DNA from: Methanomassiliicoccaceae archaeon UBA480
GTDB lineage: Archaea > Thermoplasmatota > Thermoplasmata > Methanomassiliicoccales > Methanomethylophilaceae
Reading direction: 5' to 3'
Assembly (NCBI GenBank): GCA_002506425.1
Contig: DAXO01000017.1
Location: 50,817-114,816, forward strand
DNA length: 64,000 nucleotides
Shown: piece after piece, positions 30,038-41,057 of the stretch
How the letters are laid out: each line of letters starts with the position of its first letter
Numbering within the stretch: position 1 is the first letter of the stretch
Notes under the pieces: generated by a model
What the model was told of the DNA's origin: nothing
The model's input: only the letters and a program-made list of their open reading frames with translations
The model's database searches: none
Made by a program: the position numbers and the translations under genes

Positions 30038-33000
30038 TTGCATTTGAAAGCGGTCGAGATGGAGAATTTCAAGTCCTTCGGCGGCAAGATCACCGTGCCG
30101 TTGATGGAGGGGTATACTGCCGTCACCGGGCCGAACGGCTCGGGGAAGTCCAACATAACCGACGCCATACTCTTCGTCCTGGGGCCGAAGAGCTCCAAGG
30201 CGGTTCGCGCCGGAAAGCTCACGGATCTGATATTCGACGGAGGCAAGTCCCGGACGAAGGCCGGATACACCAAGGTGTCCCTTGTGTTCGACAATACGGA
30301 CCGTCTCATGCCCTGGGACGACGACACCGTCCGTCTCACTCGCTATGTCAAGCTTTCCGACAACGGAACCGACTACAGCTCGTACTTCTACGTGAACGAC
30401 CGCAAGTCCACCATGACGGAGTTCGACACCCTCCTGACCAAAGCGCGCATATCCGCCGACGGGTACAATCTCGTCCAGCAGGGGGATGTCACCCGCATCG
30501 TCCAGATGGGCAACCTGGAGAGGCGCAGGATCATCGATTCCATATCCGGCATCGCCAGCTTCGATGCCGACATCGATCGCGCAAGGGTCGAGAAGGCCGA
30601 GGCTTCCGCCAATCTCGAGAAGATCGGCATCATAATGGACGAACTCTCCCGTCAGGTGGAGAAGCTGGACAAGGAGCGTCAGGAGGCCCGCAGGTATCTC
30701 GATGCACAGGCCGCCCTCGAGCTCGCCAAGGCCCAGCATGCCCATCGCAGGCTGCAGATGGAGACCGCGAAACAGGCTTCCGTCCAGGAGAGCGTGGCCA
30801 GGAGAGAGGTCGCTATAGAGGAGGGCAGGAAGGAGCTCCAGGCCCTCAATCTCGAGCGCGACGCCAAGACCGAGGAGATCAGAGCCAAGGAGGCCGAGAT
30901 CGCCGACAGGATAGGGCCGGAGTACCGGGAGCTCAAGGACAAGATCGACAAGGCCAGGATAGACCTGGCCACCCGGAGGGATGCCGTCGAGAAGGCCCAG
31001 GCCGATCTGGAGGAGCAGGAATCCTTCAGGCAGACCTTCGAGGATGCGATCTCGGAGAACAGCGAGCAGGCGAACTGCCTTCGTCAGAAGATAGGCGAGC
31101 TCAAGGAGGACCTCCAGATCAAGGAGGCCGAGAGCAGCCAGGCCCAGGCCGAGGAGGCCGAGGTCTCCATGGCCATATCCCAGACCGGAGGAGAGCACAA
31201 GAAGCTCCAGGAGCGCCAGGATTCGCTCGATTCGCAGATCGAGGCATGCACCGAGGAGCTGAGGGCCGCGCAGGACGCGTCTTCCAGGGCGGATGTCGCA
31301 GCGGAGGAGGCGCACAATGCGGTCGCATCGCTCGACGAGAGGCTCCAGGGCGTCGATTTCGAGATAAAGGATGCCAAGTGGAGCCTGGACCAGCTGAAGG
31401 CCGAGGCCGGACCCAGCACCGACGAGTTCGGCAAGAGGATCCTGGACATCAAGAGGCGCGAATCGGAGCTGGAGAAGGAGGAGGCGGAGCTCGATGCCGC
31501 GTACCGCAGGATAGATGCGGAGTACAACTCCCTCCAGGCCGAGAAGAAGGTCTCGGAGAGGATGAATCGCGGAAGCGCCGCCGTCGAGGCCATCCTGGCA
31601 TTGAGGAACCGCGGCGAGATCCGCGGCATCCACGGCACCATCCAGGAGCTGGCCACGGTCGACAAGGAGTACGAGACCGCCCTTGCGGTGGCCGCCGGCG
31701 GGAAGATGTCCGCCGTCGTCGTGGACGACGATCAGGTCGCGGCGGACGGCATAGCCTATCTGAAGAAGGAGAAGCTCGGTCGTGTGACGTTCCTGCCGCT
31801 CAACAAGATGATGGGCGGCAAGCCCCGTGCCAAGGCGATAATGTGCGAGAAGGACTCCGAGGGGTATGCGATAAACCTCATCGACTTCGATCCACGCTAC
31901 CAGAATGCATTCTGGTATGTTCTGGGGGACACCCTGGTCGTCAAGGACATGGACCAGGCCCGCAGGATCATGGGCGGGATCAGGATAGTCACACGCGCCG
32001 GCGAGCTCGTGGAGGCATCCGGAGCGATGGTAGGAGGTACGATCTCCCAGCAGAACCTGCCGAAGTTCGGTCCCGCGTCCGAGGACAGGCTCGCCGCCGT
32101 CGGTTCCAAGCTGAGGGCCGCGCAGGAGGCCCTGTCAGATGTGCGTTCGAGGCTGCGCGGCGTTCGCGAGGAGATGCGCGCCGTCGACGACGAGATGAGG
32201 AAGGCCTCGTCCTCCGGCATCCAACAGAGGGAGCTCATGGCGCAGACCAAGGGACGCGTCGACGAGCTCGAGAAGACCCGCAGGGCTCTGTCGGAGCAGC
32301 TCAAGGCCGCTCGCGAGAGGATGGCCGTCTCCGACAGGGAGTTCGAGGAGTCCCGCGCCGCCTTCTCCGAGGTTTCGGAGAGGATGGGTGCCCTGACGTC
32401 CGAGCGTTCCAAGGTGAAGGAGCGCATAGCCGAGATCGCCCCCGTGGAGCTCCAGGTCAGGATACAGGCCGTCCGCGACAGGCTCTACAGGCTGAAGAAT
32501 GCCATTTCAGACATAACCCTGCAGATCGGAGGGGCGGAGACCGAGATAAACGGTCTCGGGAAGCAGAACGAGTCTCTTCAGATGCAGCTCGATTCTGTCA
32601 TGCGCGCCATCGCGGCAGACCGCAAGGTCATAGACGACGGAGAAGGGCTCATCTCCCGTTCGAAGCTGGATCTCGATGCGCTGAAGAGGATCGAGGCCGA
32701 CATGGAAGGAGGGATAGCAGACCTCCGCAACCAGAAGGACGCCCTCAACGAGGAGAAGTACGGCCTGGACGGCAAGATACGTGAGAAGGCCAAGGACATC
32801 GAGAACTGGGGCGGGGCGCTGGAATCGTTCAGAGCCCAGCTCATCGATGTGACCGCCTCCGTGGCGCAGTGCAGGGCGGAGGTCGAGGCGCTCACCGTCG
32901 AGGTGCCGCAACCGGTCCCGTCCGAGGAGGAGATCCGCCGCAGCATAAGATCCTGCGAGGCCACGCTCTCCTCGATCGGAAGCGTCAACATGAGGGCCAT

Positions 33001-33622
33001 CCAGGACTACGACGAGAAGAAGGCCAGATACGACGGCCTCGATGCCGAGGTGGAGAGCCTCAACCGCCACATCAAGGAGCTGGACGACCTCGTAGGCTCC
33101 CTGACGGCGAAGAAGAAGGGCCTCTTCATGAAGTCGTACGATGCCATCAACAGCAATTTCAAGGCCATCTACGCCGAGCTCTCCGGAGGAGGGGAGGCGT
33201 TCATGGGACTGGAGGATGAGGACGATCCGTTCGCGGGCGGACTCATGATAAACGCGAAGCCCAGGAACGGCAAGTTGCTCAGGCTGGAGGCGCTGTCCGG
33301 AGGGGAGAAGTCCCTGACCGCGCTCTCCTTCATCTTCGCGATCCAGGAGCACCAGCCGTCCCCGTTCTATGTGCTGGACGAGGTGGACATGTTCCTGGAT
33401 TCGGTCAATGCGGAGATGGTGGCCAAGAGGGTCCGCGAGAGCTCCGCGAAGGCGCAGTTCATACAGGTGTCGCTGAGGAAGGTCACACTGGCTCTGGCGG
33501 ATCATCTGATAGGCGTCACCAGGCCGCCGAGCGGCATAAGCAAGGTCATAATGCAGCCCGATCTGGCCGAGGTCTCCCGCTACGAGGAGGAGGCTGAGCG
33601 CAGGAAGGAGGCGAACCAATGA
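30038..33622 (+). CDS. smc: Chromosome segregation protein SMC
   Basis: ENFKSF, GPNGSGKSN, coiled coils, hinge GRVTFLPLN, LSGGEKS, LDEVD. Confidence 0.97.
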   Translation: MHLKAVEMENFKSFGGKITVPLMEGYTAVTGPNGSGKSNITDAILFVLGPKSSKAVRAGKLTDLIFDGGKSRTKAGYTKVSLVFDNTDRLMPWDDDTVRLTRYVKLSDNGTDYSSYFYVNDRKSTMTEFDTLLTKARISADGYNLVQQGDVTRIVQMGNLERRRIIDSISGIASFDADIDRARVEKAEASANLEKIGIIMDELSRQVEKLDKERQEARRYLDAQAALELAKAQHAHRRLQMETAKQASVQESVARREVAIEEGRKELQALNLERDAKTEEIRAKEAEIADRIGPEYRELKDKIDKARIDLATRRDAVEKAQADLEEQESFRQTFEDAISENSEQANCLRQKIGELKEDLQIKEAESSQAQAEEAEVSMAISQTGGEHKKLQERQDSLDSQIEACTEELRAAQDASSRADVAAEEAHNAVASLDERLQGVDFEIKDAKWSLDQLKAEAGPSTDEFGKRILDIKRRESELEKEEAELDAAYRRIDAEYNSLQAEKKVSERMNRGSAAVEAILALRNRGEIRGIHGTIQELATVDKEYETALAVAAGGKMSAVVVDDDQVAADGIAYLKKEKLGRVTFLPLNKMMGGKPRAKAIMCEKDSEGYAINLIDFDPRYQNAFWYVLGDTLVVKDMDQARRIMGGIRIVTRAGELVEASGAMVGGTISQQNLPKFGPASEDRLAAVGSKLRAAQEALSDVRSRLRGVREEMRAVDDEMRKASSSGIQQRELMAQTKGRVDELEKTRRALSEQLKAARERMAVSDREFEESRAAFSEVSERMGALTSERSKVKERIAEIAPVELQVRIQAVRDRLYRLKNAISDITLQIGGAETEINGLGKQNESLQMQLDSVMRAIAADRKVIDDGEGLISRSKLDLDALKRIEADMEGGIADLRNQKDALNEEKYGLDGKIREKAKDIENWGGALESFRAQLIDVTASVAQCRAEVEALTVEVPQPVPSEEEIRRSIRSCEATLSSIGSVNMRAIQDYDEKKARYDGLDAEVESLNRHIKELDDLVGSLTAKKKGLFMKSYDAINSNFKAIYAELSGGGEAFMGLEDEDDPFAGGLMINAKPRNGKLLRLEALSGGEKSLTALSFIFAIQEHQPSPFYVLDEVDMFLDSVNAEMVAKRVRESSAKAQFIQVSLRKVTLALADHLIGVTRPPSGISKVIMQPDLAEVSRYEEEAERRKEANQ

Positions 33623-34491
33623 TGGATGGGAACACTAAGGTGGAGGAGCTGGAGCAGCACCTGCTGTTCCACAGGGCGCTTGCGGACGACGACGAGTCGT
33701 ACCGCAGGGTGATGGGCTATATGGACATCCTGTCCAGCGCGGAGTCGGGGGAGAGGCTCCAGGATCCGGTGGACGAGTCCATACGCGCCGTATTCAGTCT
33801 GGTCCTGGAGAACGGCATAGACCCATGGGAGGTCAACCTCTCCGAGTTCGTCAGGATGTACGAGGTCAAGATCTCCATGGACCGCTTCGATATGATCGTG
33901 GCCGGCAAGCTCATGCTGATGGCATGGAAGATCCTGCGCATGCAGTCCGAATCGACCAGGGTCAGGAGCGAGCCTCCTGCGGAACCGGTCGCCGAAGAGG
34001 TCGACGACAGCTTCTTCTACGACGATGAGCCCCTTTACGTGCCCGAAGTCAGCTTCCGCGAGGCATACCAGAGGCATCCCGAGAGGCCGGTCACCGTCTA
34101 CGAGCTCATAGACGCATTCGAGGATGCGCGCAAGGAGATCGAGATCCAGAAGGAGCGCGAACGTGTCCGCAGCGAGCTGAAGGCCAGAGAGCCCAAGCGC
34201 TTCGAGAACAAGGCCCACGACGAGGACGACGAGCGCGATGTCGAGGCGGTCTGGCAGAGGATCGAGAAGCTGGGCACCGGGCAGATCGACATCCGCGATC
34301 TGTACACCGCCGACCTGAAGGAGAATCTGACGACTTTCGTGGCTGTGCTGCACCTCGTCAGGGACGGGAGGCTGGCGGTCTGGCAGGACGATCTGCCCTT
34401 CGGAAGGATCTACATCGAGATCAAGACCGAATGGACCTCCGGCACTCTGGAGGACTCTCCGGATGCGAGGATCCCCGAGGCGGTGAACCGA
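33619..34491 (+). CDS. scpA: Segregation/condensation protein A (kleisin), 290 aa; ends at putative CGA stop
   Basis: IDPWEVNL, TFVAVLHL, WQDDLPFGRIYI; CGA 34489-91 is one base before the scpB start. Confidence 0.9.
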
Positions 34492-34492
34492 T

Positions 34493-35035
34493 TTGGATGT
34501 CAAAGGTGCCGTCGAGGCGGCTCTGTTCTCCAGTTCGGAGAATCTCCGTATATCGGGCATAGCGGAGAAGACCGGATTCCCCGAGGAGGAGGTCCGCACT
34601 GCGCTCATGGACCTGCGCAGGGAGTACGATGACCGCGATTCGGCCATCGTGATCGCCAAGATCGGCTCCGAATTCAGAATGATGCTCCGCTCCGACTATT
34701 CGGACTATACCGGCAGATTCGGGAGGGCCGAGATGTCTCCCGGGCTCATGAAGACCCTCAGCACCATTGCCTACAACCAGCCGGTTCTGCAGTCGGAGCT
34801 GGTGAGGACCCGCGGGCCGAGAGTGTATGAAGATGTCCATAGGCTTACGGACATGGGCTTCGTATCCGGCAAGCGCAGCGGGCAGACCGTGGAGCTGAGC
34901 ACCACCAAGAAGTTCTCCGAATACTTCGGAATAGGATCGACACGCAAGGCGGACATACGCAAGTGGATCGAGTCCCAGGCATCCGGAGGACGCGGGGAGG
35001 AGGCCGAAACTGATCAGAAGGAAACGATTGCATAA
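34493..35035 (+). CDS. scpB: Segregation/condensation protein B
   Basis: VEAALFSS, TLSTIAYNQPV, TTKKFSEYFG. Confidence 0.92.
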   Translation: MDVKGAVEAALFSSSENLRISGIAEKTGFPEEEVRTALMDLRREYDDRDSAIVIAKIGSEFRMMLRSDYSDYTGRFGRAEMSPGLMKTLSTIAYNQPVLQSELVRTRGPRVYEDVHRLTDMGFVSGKRSGQTVELSTTKKFSEYFGIGSTRKADIRKWIESQASGGRGEEAETDQKETIA

Positions 35036-35201
35036 TCGCAATCTATTGCTTGAACACTATAGATACGTAGTAGGCCTCATCATAATACTTATATCTACAT
35101 AGAATCTAGAGCGAGGTCGCGATGACCTCAACGACATCAGGATAGGACGCCGAAGGCCCGGGAAATCCATGCGGTTCCGATACTGCTTCCGGGGTGCGCC
35201 G

Positions 35202-36845
35202 ATGTCCTTGATGGGGAGATTGGACGATCTGTCGGGGAGCTTCAGGGCCCGCAGGGCCTGGCTGGCATTCGCCGTCGTCCTGTTCATCTGCCTCATCGTG
35301 GTGCCCGCGGTCTTCGTAGTGACGAAGCTGTTCTCGGACTGGGATCTCGTGCGGGCCGTTCTCGACGATCCCGCATCCATGTCCGTCATAGAGGGCGCCG
35401 TCTGGAATTCTTTCAGCATAGCGTTCATCGTGACGATGATCGACATAGTCGTCGGGCTTCCGATGGCATGGATAATGGTCCGCAGGGATTTCAAGGGCAA
35501 GAGATGGCTCGATACCCTGCTGGACATCCCGCTGGCCTTCCCGACGGCCGTGCTGGGGATCTCGGTCGTCATGTTCTGGGGTGCGCCGGAAGGCGTCTCG
35601 ATCCCGGGTCTAGGGCTGGATCTGTCGCCGTATGCGATGCTGGTCCTGCTCCACATAATATTCACATATCCCTACATGGTCCGCTCCCTGTCGGGGATAC
35701 TCGAGCAGATCGATGTCAATTTCGAAACAGCCGCCATGACGCTGGGGGCTTCGAGATGGACCGCTGTAAGGACGATAACAATACCTCTTTTCCGTGCAGG
35801 TCTAGCTACAGGATTCATCCTCTGCTTCGCCAGGTCGTTGTCCGAGACCGGAGGCACCTACATCGCGCTGTCGATGATGGATGTCGAGAGCTCGTTCTTC
35901 ACTGGCCCGTCCTACATCAGCTGGCTGAAATCGGGCGGAGTGATGTCCTCATCTGAGTACATGGGAGCCATGATCCTGATAAGCGTGATCATGATCCTGC
36001 TCGCGCTGATCCTCTTGGTTGCGGTGAAATGGATCATCAGGAGGTTCAGGATACCGTTCAGGAAGGTATGGCCGGCAATCGGTCGCAGAATCAGTCGCGG
36101 AATGCTTCCGAAGGCCAAGGATGCGCTCACTGTCGCGTTCCTGATAGCCGTGGTACTTCTGCCATCGTTCTATATCTTCGCATACATGGCCGAGCCCATG
36201 CCCGATGTGGATTACGCGATGCTTCTGGAATCCACGGGATGCTCCATCCTCATCGCGGGAGTGGCAGTGGTTGTGGATATAGTCCTCGGAGTGCCTCTGT
36301 CCCTCTACATAGCTAGGAACCGCAACGGAAGGCTGGCGAACATGCTGGATGGCCTGGTCAATGTGCCGCTGATCATCCCTACGACGGCACTGGGCTTCTC
36401 CCTGGCCTTGTTCTGGGGAAGCTTCGGAGCAGGCGAGTCGCTCGCTCTGGTGCTGGTGATCCTGGGACACATCTCGTTCACATACCCGCTGGTCGTGAGA
36501 AACATGATCGGAGCGGTGGAGGAGGTCAATCCCGAATGCGAGGAGATCGCCATGACTCTCGGAGCCAAGCCGTTTCAGGCTTTCAGGAAGATTCTGATGC
36601 CGATCATCAAGTCGTCGGTCATAGCCGGAGGGATCCTCGCGTTCACAAGGTCTCTGGGAGAGACCGGGGCCACTCTTGCGATAAGCGATAGCGTGAACAC
36701 GGTCCCGATATACATCACCCGTCTCGTTCAGGATGGGAGCTACGCGGAGGCCGCCATGTGCTCCATAATCCTCATCGCCATATGCTTCGCTCTGATGATG
36801 GCTGTCAGGGCACTGACACACAGGAGGCAGGGAAGAGATGCCTGA
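35202..36845 (+). CDS. ABC transporter permease with two fused TM domains (ModB/CysT/FbpB type)
   Basis: Two EAA-like loops (ETAAMTLGAS, EEIAMTLGAK); FARSLSETG and FTRSLGETG. Confidence 0.9.
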   Translation: MSLMGRLDDLSGSFRARRAWLAFAVVLFICLIVVPAVFVVTKLFSDWDLVRAVLDDPASMSVIEGAVWNSFSIAFIVTMIDIVVGLPMAWIMVRRDFKGKRWLDTLLDIPLAFPTAVLGISVVMFWGAPEGVSIPGLGLDLSPYAMLVLLHIIFTYPYMVRSLSGILEQIDVNFETAAMTLGASRWTAVRTITIPLFRAGLATGFILCFARSLSETGGTYIALSMMDVESSFFTGPSYISWLKSGGVMSSSEYMGAMILISVIMILLALILLVAVKWIIRRFRIPFRKVWPAIGRRISRGMLPKAKDALTVAFLIAVVLLPSFYIFAYMAEPMPDVDYAMLLESTGCSILIAGVAVVVDIVLGVPLSLYIARNRNGRLANMLDGLVNVPLIIPTTALGFSLALFWGSFGAGESLALVLVILGHISFTYPLVVRNMIGAVEEVNPECEEIAMTLGAKPFQAFRKILMPIIKSSVIAGGILAFTRSLGETGATLAISDSVNTVPIYITRLVQDGSYAEAAMCSIILIAICFALMMAVRALTHRRQGRDA

Positions 36846-37932
36846 CATAAGGCTGGAAGGGCTCAGCAAGCACTACGGCGAGACGCTTGCCGCGGACGAT
36901 CTGAACCTCTCCATCAAAGATGGGGAGTATGTCTGCATCCTCGGTCCCACAGGAGCAGGGAAGACGACATGCATGCGGATGATATGCGGGCTGGTTCTCC
37001 CGGATAGCGGAAGGGTCTTCCTGGATGGCAGGGATGCGACATTCGATTCTCCGGATTCAAGGAACGCCACCATGCTGACGCAGACGTATGCGCTGTTCCC
37101 TCATCTCACCGTCTACAACAACGTGATGTTCGCGCCGAAGATCAAGGGGTGGCCGGAGGCCGATTCCAAGCAGATCGTGAGGAGCATGCTCCACATGGTC
37201 CATCTGGAGCAGAAGGCGGATTGGCTTCCCGGGCAGCTGTCCGGAGGTCAGCAGCAGCGCATAGCGCTCGCACGCGCTCTGGCATCGGGTTCCAAGATCC
37301 TGTTGCTCGACGAGCCGCTCAGGGCGCTGGATGCCCGTCTGAGGATAGATCTGAGGAAGGAGCTCCGCGCCATGGCCCGTGAGATGGGTCTCACATGCAT
37401 ACATGTCACCCACGACCAGGACGAGGCGTTGGAGATGGCCGATCGCATCGCCATCATCCGCAAGGGGCGCATCATACAGTTCGGCACCCCTGCAGAGGTC
37501 TTCGACGATCCGCTCACCCCGTTCGTTGCCAATTTCGTCGGAAGATCCAATATCCTTTCGGGAAGGGTTGTGTCGTCCGACGATTCTTCCACAGTAGTGG
37601 ATCTCGGATGCGGCATCTCCGTGCAGGCGAGACCCTCCGAGCTCTCCGAAGGTTCCGAAGCCGTGGTCGCGGTGAAGGTCGGTTTCACGAGGATATGCGA
37701 GCCGGAGCAGGGCTGCATGGTCGGAAAGGTCGAACGCATACTGTACGAGGGCGCCTCGATTACAGTGGAGGTCTCGGTGGACGGCATCGGGCTGATCTCG
37801 GCCCGGCTGCCGAACAGGATGTACGAGGACTATGCTCCCGGGCAGACGGTCGGGATATCATGGCCTGTCGCGAAGGCCTCGGTTTTCCCGATGCCCGAAT
37901 GCGGATTGGAAGAGGAGATGAGGTTGGACCGA
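36838..37932 (+). CDS. ABC transporter ATP-binding protein with TOBE domain, 364 aa; ends at putative CGA stop
   Basis: GPTGAGKT, LSGGQQQR, LLLDEP, HVTHDQ; CGA 37930-32 overlaps the next ATG. Confidence 0.92.
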
Positions 37933-39017
37933 TGCCCAGGATCAAGTTGGACAGGATATCGATGCGCTTCGGCGACTTCTACGCCGTCAGAGACATATCC
38001 CTGGAGATCGGCAACGGCGAGTACGTCACGATACTCGGGCCGTCCGGATGCGGGAAGACCACGCTCATCAAGGTCATATCCGGGATATGGACGCCCACCG
38101 AGGGGAAGGTCTATGTGGACGGACGCGACGTCACCGACGTTCCGATGGAGGACAGGGACGTTGGGTATGTCTTCCAGAACATCGCCTTATTCCCTCATAT
38201 GGATCTCCGCGACAACGTGGAGTACAGCCCCAGAGTGAAGGACCAGAAGGAAGAGGATGCTCATGCCCTTTCGGAGGAGTATCTGACTCTCGTTGGGATG
38301 TTCCAGAGGGCCGGTCTTCTGCCACAGGAGCTGTCCGGAGGAGAGCAGCAGAAGGTCGCCATAGCACGCGCGCTAGCATCCGGATCCAAGATGCTCATGC
38401 TCGATGAGCCACTGTCGGCTCTCGATGCCCGCGTCCGCGTGGAGCTGCGCTACGAGCTCAGGCGGATAGTCAAGAAGCTGGGGATAACGGTCCTCCATGT
38501 GACGCACGATCAGGAGGAGGCGATGTCCGTATCCGACCGCATCGTCCTCATGCGCTACGGGGCGGTGGCCGAGATAGGCTCTCCGCTGGAGATCTATCGC
38601 CGTCCGAAGACTGTCTTCGCCGCCAATTTCATAGGTGAGACCAATCTCATGGAATGCACCGTGTCCGATTGGTCGAAGAGCGGCAAGACGAAGGTCGTTC
38701 TGCGCGGAGGAACGGAGGTCCGCACTTCGAAGACCGATTTCCGTCCGGGGGATGCGGCGGTGATCTCCGTGAGGCCCGAGCACGTCCGTCCTGCAACGGA
38801 CGGGATAAGGGCCGAGGTCCGTTCGGTCGTGTTCATGGGAACGTATTGGCGCATTCGCACGCTCGCCGAGAGCAGAGACTATATCGAGTACAACGTGCCT
38901 GCCGAGGGTGAAGTCCCATCGGAGGGGGATGAGGTCCATCTGGTTTTCAACAGGAAGATGACGATGGTTTTCCCCCGTCCGGAAGGCGGGATCGAGGAGG
39001 AGATTAGGCTTGAGTAA
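37932..39017 (+). CDS. ABC transporter ATP-binding protein with TOBE domain, 361 aa
   Basis: GPSGCGKT, LSGGEQQK, LMLDEP, HVTHDQ. Confidence 0.93.
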   Translation: MPRIKLDRISMRFGDFYAVRDISLEIGNGEYVTILGPSGCGKTTLIKVISGIWTPTEGKVYVDGRDVTDVPMEDRDVGYVFQNIALFPHMDLRDNVEYSPRVKDQKEEDAHALSEEYLTLVGMFQRAGLLPQELSGGEQQKVAIARALASGSKMLMLDEPLSALDARVRVELRYELRRIVKKLGITVLHVTHDQEEAMSVSDRIVLMRYGAVAEIGSPLEIYRRPKTVFAANFIGETNLMECTVSDWSKSGKTKVVLRGGTEVRTSKTDFRPGDAAVISVRPEHVRPATDGIRAEVRSVVFMGTYWRIRTLAESRDYIEYNVPAEGEVPSEGDEVHLVFNRKMTMVFPRPEGGIEEEIRLE

Positions 39018-39690
39018 GGATTCCACCGGGTTGCTGGGATGGTTCGGGAGGAGGAAGGAGGGAGTCGTCAACGACGGTCTCCGTTCCATGTTCCTCTCCG
39101 TGCAGGATTGCGTGACGGAGCTGGGAAAGGCCATCCGCTCCATGGGCGAGAAGGATGTTCAGGCCGCGGAGAAGGCTATAGAAAGGCTGTTCATCAGCGA
39201 GCATGAAGCCGATTCCCAGGAGGATGAGCTGTGCAACCAGATCAGCATAGGCGAGCTGGGTGCCCAGGAGAGGGAGGACCTCATGCATTTCATCCGCAAG
39301 ACGGACAAGATCGCCAACTGGAGCAAGGAGGCGGCGATAAACATCAGACTGGTCGATGAGATCGGATTGGAGATCCCGAAGACCGTATGGGATATGCTCG
39401 CCCAGTCGGTTTCGGATCTGGAGACGGAGGTCCTCAATCTGTCCAACGCGCTGTCCGTGATGGGAGAGCCGACCGGCGATGTGATGGAATGCATCCGCGG
39501 TGTGAGGGCGATGGAGAGAACCATCGACCGCGCCTACTTCGATATCACGAAGGCCGTATTCTCCTCGGGGATGGATCACAGGGCCATCATACTGGTGTCC
39601 CGCATCACGGATGCCATAGAGATGGCCGCCGACACATGCAAGGCATGCTCCGACACGGTTGCGATCCTTCATTATGCCAAGAAGGTGTGA
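39010..39690 (+). CDS. DUF47 / PhoU-like phosphate transport regulator
   Basis: EHEAD, REDLMHFIRKTDKIAN, DAIEMAADTC helical repeats. Confidence 0.8.
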   Translation: MSKDSTGLLGWFGRRKEGVVNDGLRSMFLSVQDCVTELGKAIRSMGEKDVQAAEKAIERLFISEHEADSQEDELCNQISIGELGAQEREDLMHFIRKTDKIANWSKEAAINIRLVDEIGLEIPKTVWDMLAQSVSDLETEVLNLSNALSVMGEPTGDVMECIRGVRAMERTIDRAYFDITKAVFSSGMDHRAIILVSRITDAIEMAADTCKACSDTVAILHYAKKV

Positions 39691-39695
39691 CTGCT

Positions 39696-41057
39696 ATGCT
39701 GTTCGGTTCCAACGGGGTTCGTGGCGTCGTGAACAGGGATCTCACTCCCGAAGTGGTGCTCCGTCTCGGGAGGGCCGTAGGGCGCACGTTCCCCGGAACG
39801 GTGGCCGTGGCGACAGATGCCAGGGATTCGGCGGATGCCATGAAGGCGGCGCTCATGTCGGGTATAATGTCCTCCGGAGCCGATGTAGTGGATCTGGGCA
39901 TGCTTCCGACTCCCGCCTTCCAATACTATCTTCGCGAGCACGACGGCATCTCCGGAGGCGCCATGATAACCGCCTCGCACAATCCTTCGGAATACAGCGG
40001 TCTCAAGCTGATTGTGCAGGGAGGAGTGGAGGCCATGTCCGAGGACGAGCATTCTCTGGAATCCATGTATTCCCGCGAGGTTCAGGACGAGGACTGGTCC
40101 GAAGTCGGCGAGATGAGGTCCGAGGTCGGAGCTGCGGACGAGTATGTCGACAGGATCGTTGCATCGGTCGATGCCGAATCGATACGTGCTGCGGGACTGA
40201 CGGTATGCATAGACTGTGCCAACGGTTCTGCAAGCAGGACCACTCCCATGATCCTTCGCAGGCTCGGGGTAAAGACGGTGTCTCTGGAATGCGATCCGGA
40301 TGGCATCCCCCGCAGGGAGAGCGACCCGACTCCGGACAATCTTTCTGACCTGATGTTCATGGTCCCCCATGTCGGTGCCGATCTGGGAGTAGCCCATGAC
40401 AGCGACGGAGGTCGTGCGGTATTCGTCGATGGCAACGGGCGCTATATCAGGGGTGATTGCGCCGGAGCCCTCGTCGCCAGTGAGATCCTCGCCGAAAGGA
40501 GAGGCAAGGTCGTCACTCCTGTGAGTTCGTCCCGTATTCTGGAGGATGCGGTTGAATCGGCAGGAGGGCAGATAAGATACACCGAGGTCGGGACCCATAC
40601 GGTGGTCCGCAAGATCCAGGAGAACCTGGCCGTATTCGGTGTGGAGGAGGATGGAGGGATGATCTTCCCTTCGGTGCAGATGTGCAGGGACGGCGGCATG
40701 GCTCTCGCCAAGATGCTGGAGATAGTGGCCAAAGGCGTCTCCTTGGCCGACCTCGTCGACAGTCTTCCTCAGTATCATACGGTGAAGATGCGTGTTCCGT
40801 GCAGGGATGATTCGAAGGACCGTGTGATGGACAGGTTCAAGGAGAAGCTGAACGAGCAGGATATCCATATGGATACGACGGACGGCGTCAAGGTGTTCTA
40901 CGATGAGGGATGGGTCCTCGTCAGACCGTCGACGACGGAGGAGTGCATCAGGATATATTCCGACTCCAAGTCGGAGGAATCGGCCCTTTCCAGCGCTGAA
41001 CAGACCAGAGCCGAAATCGAATCCCTCGTGTCTTCCTGTTCTTCGGATCTCAATCGA
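39696..41057 (+). CDS. Phosphoglucomutase/phosphomannomutase family protein; ends at putative CGA stop
   Basis: LFGSNGVRG, ITASHNP, AHDSDGGR, DGVK, LVRPSTTE; CGA 41055-57, standard stop at 41090. Confidence 0.88.
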
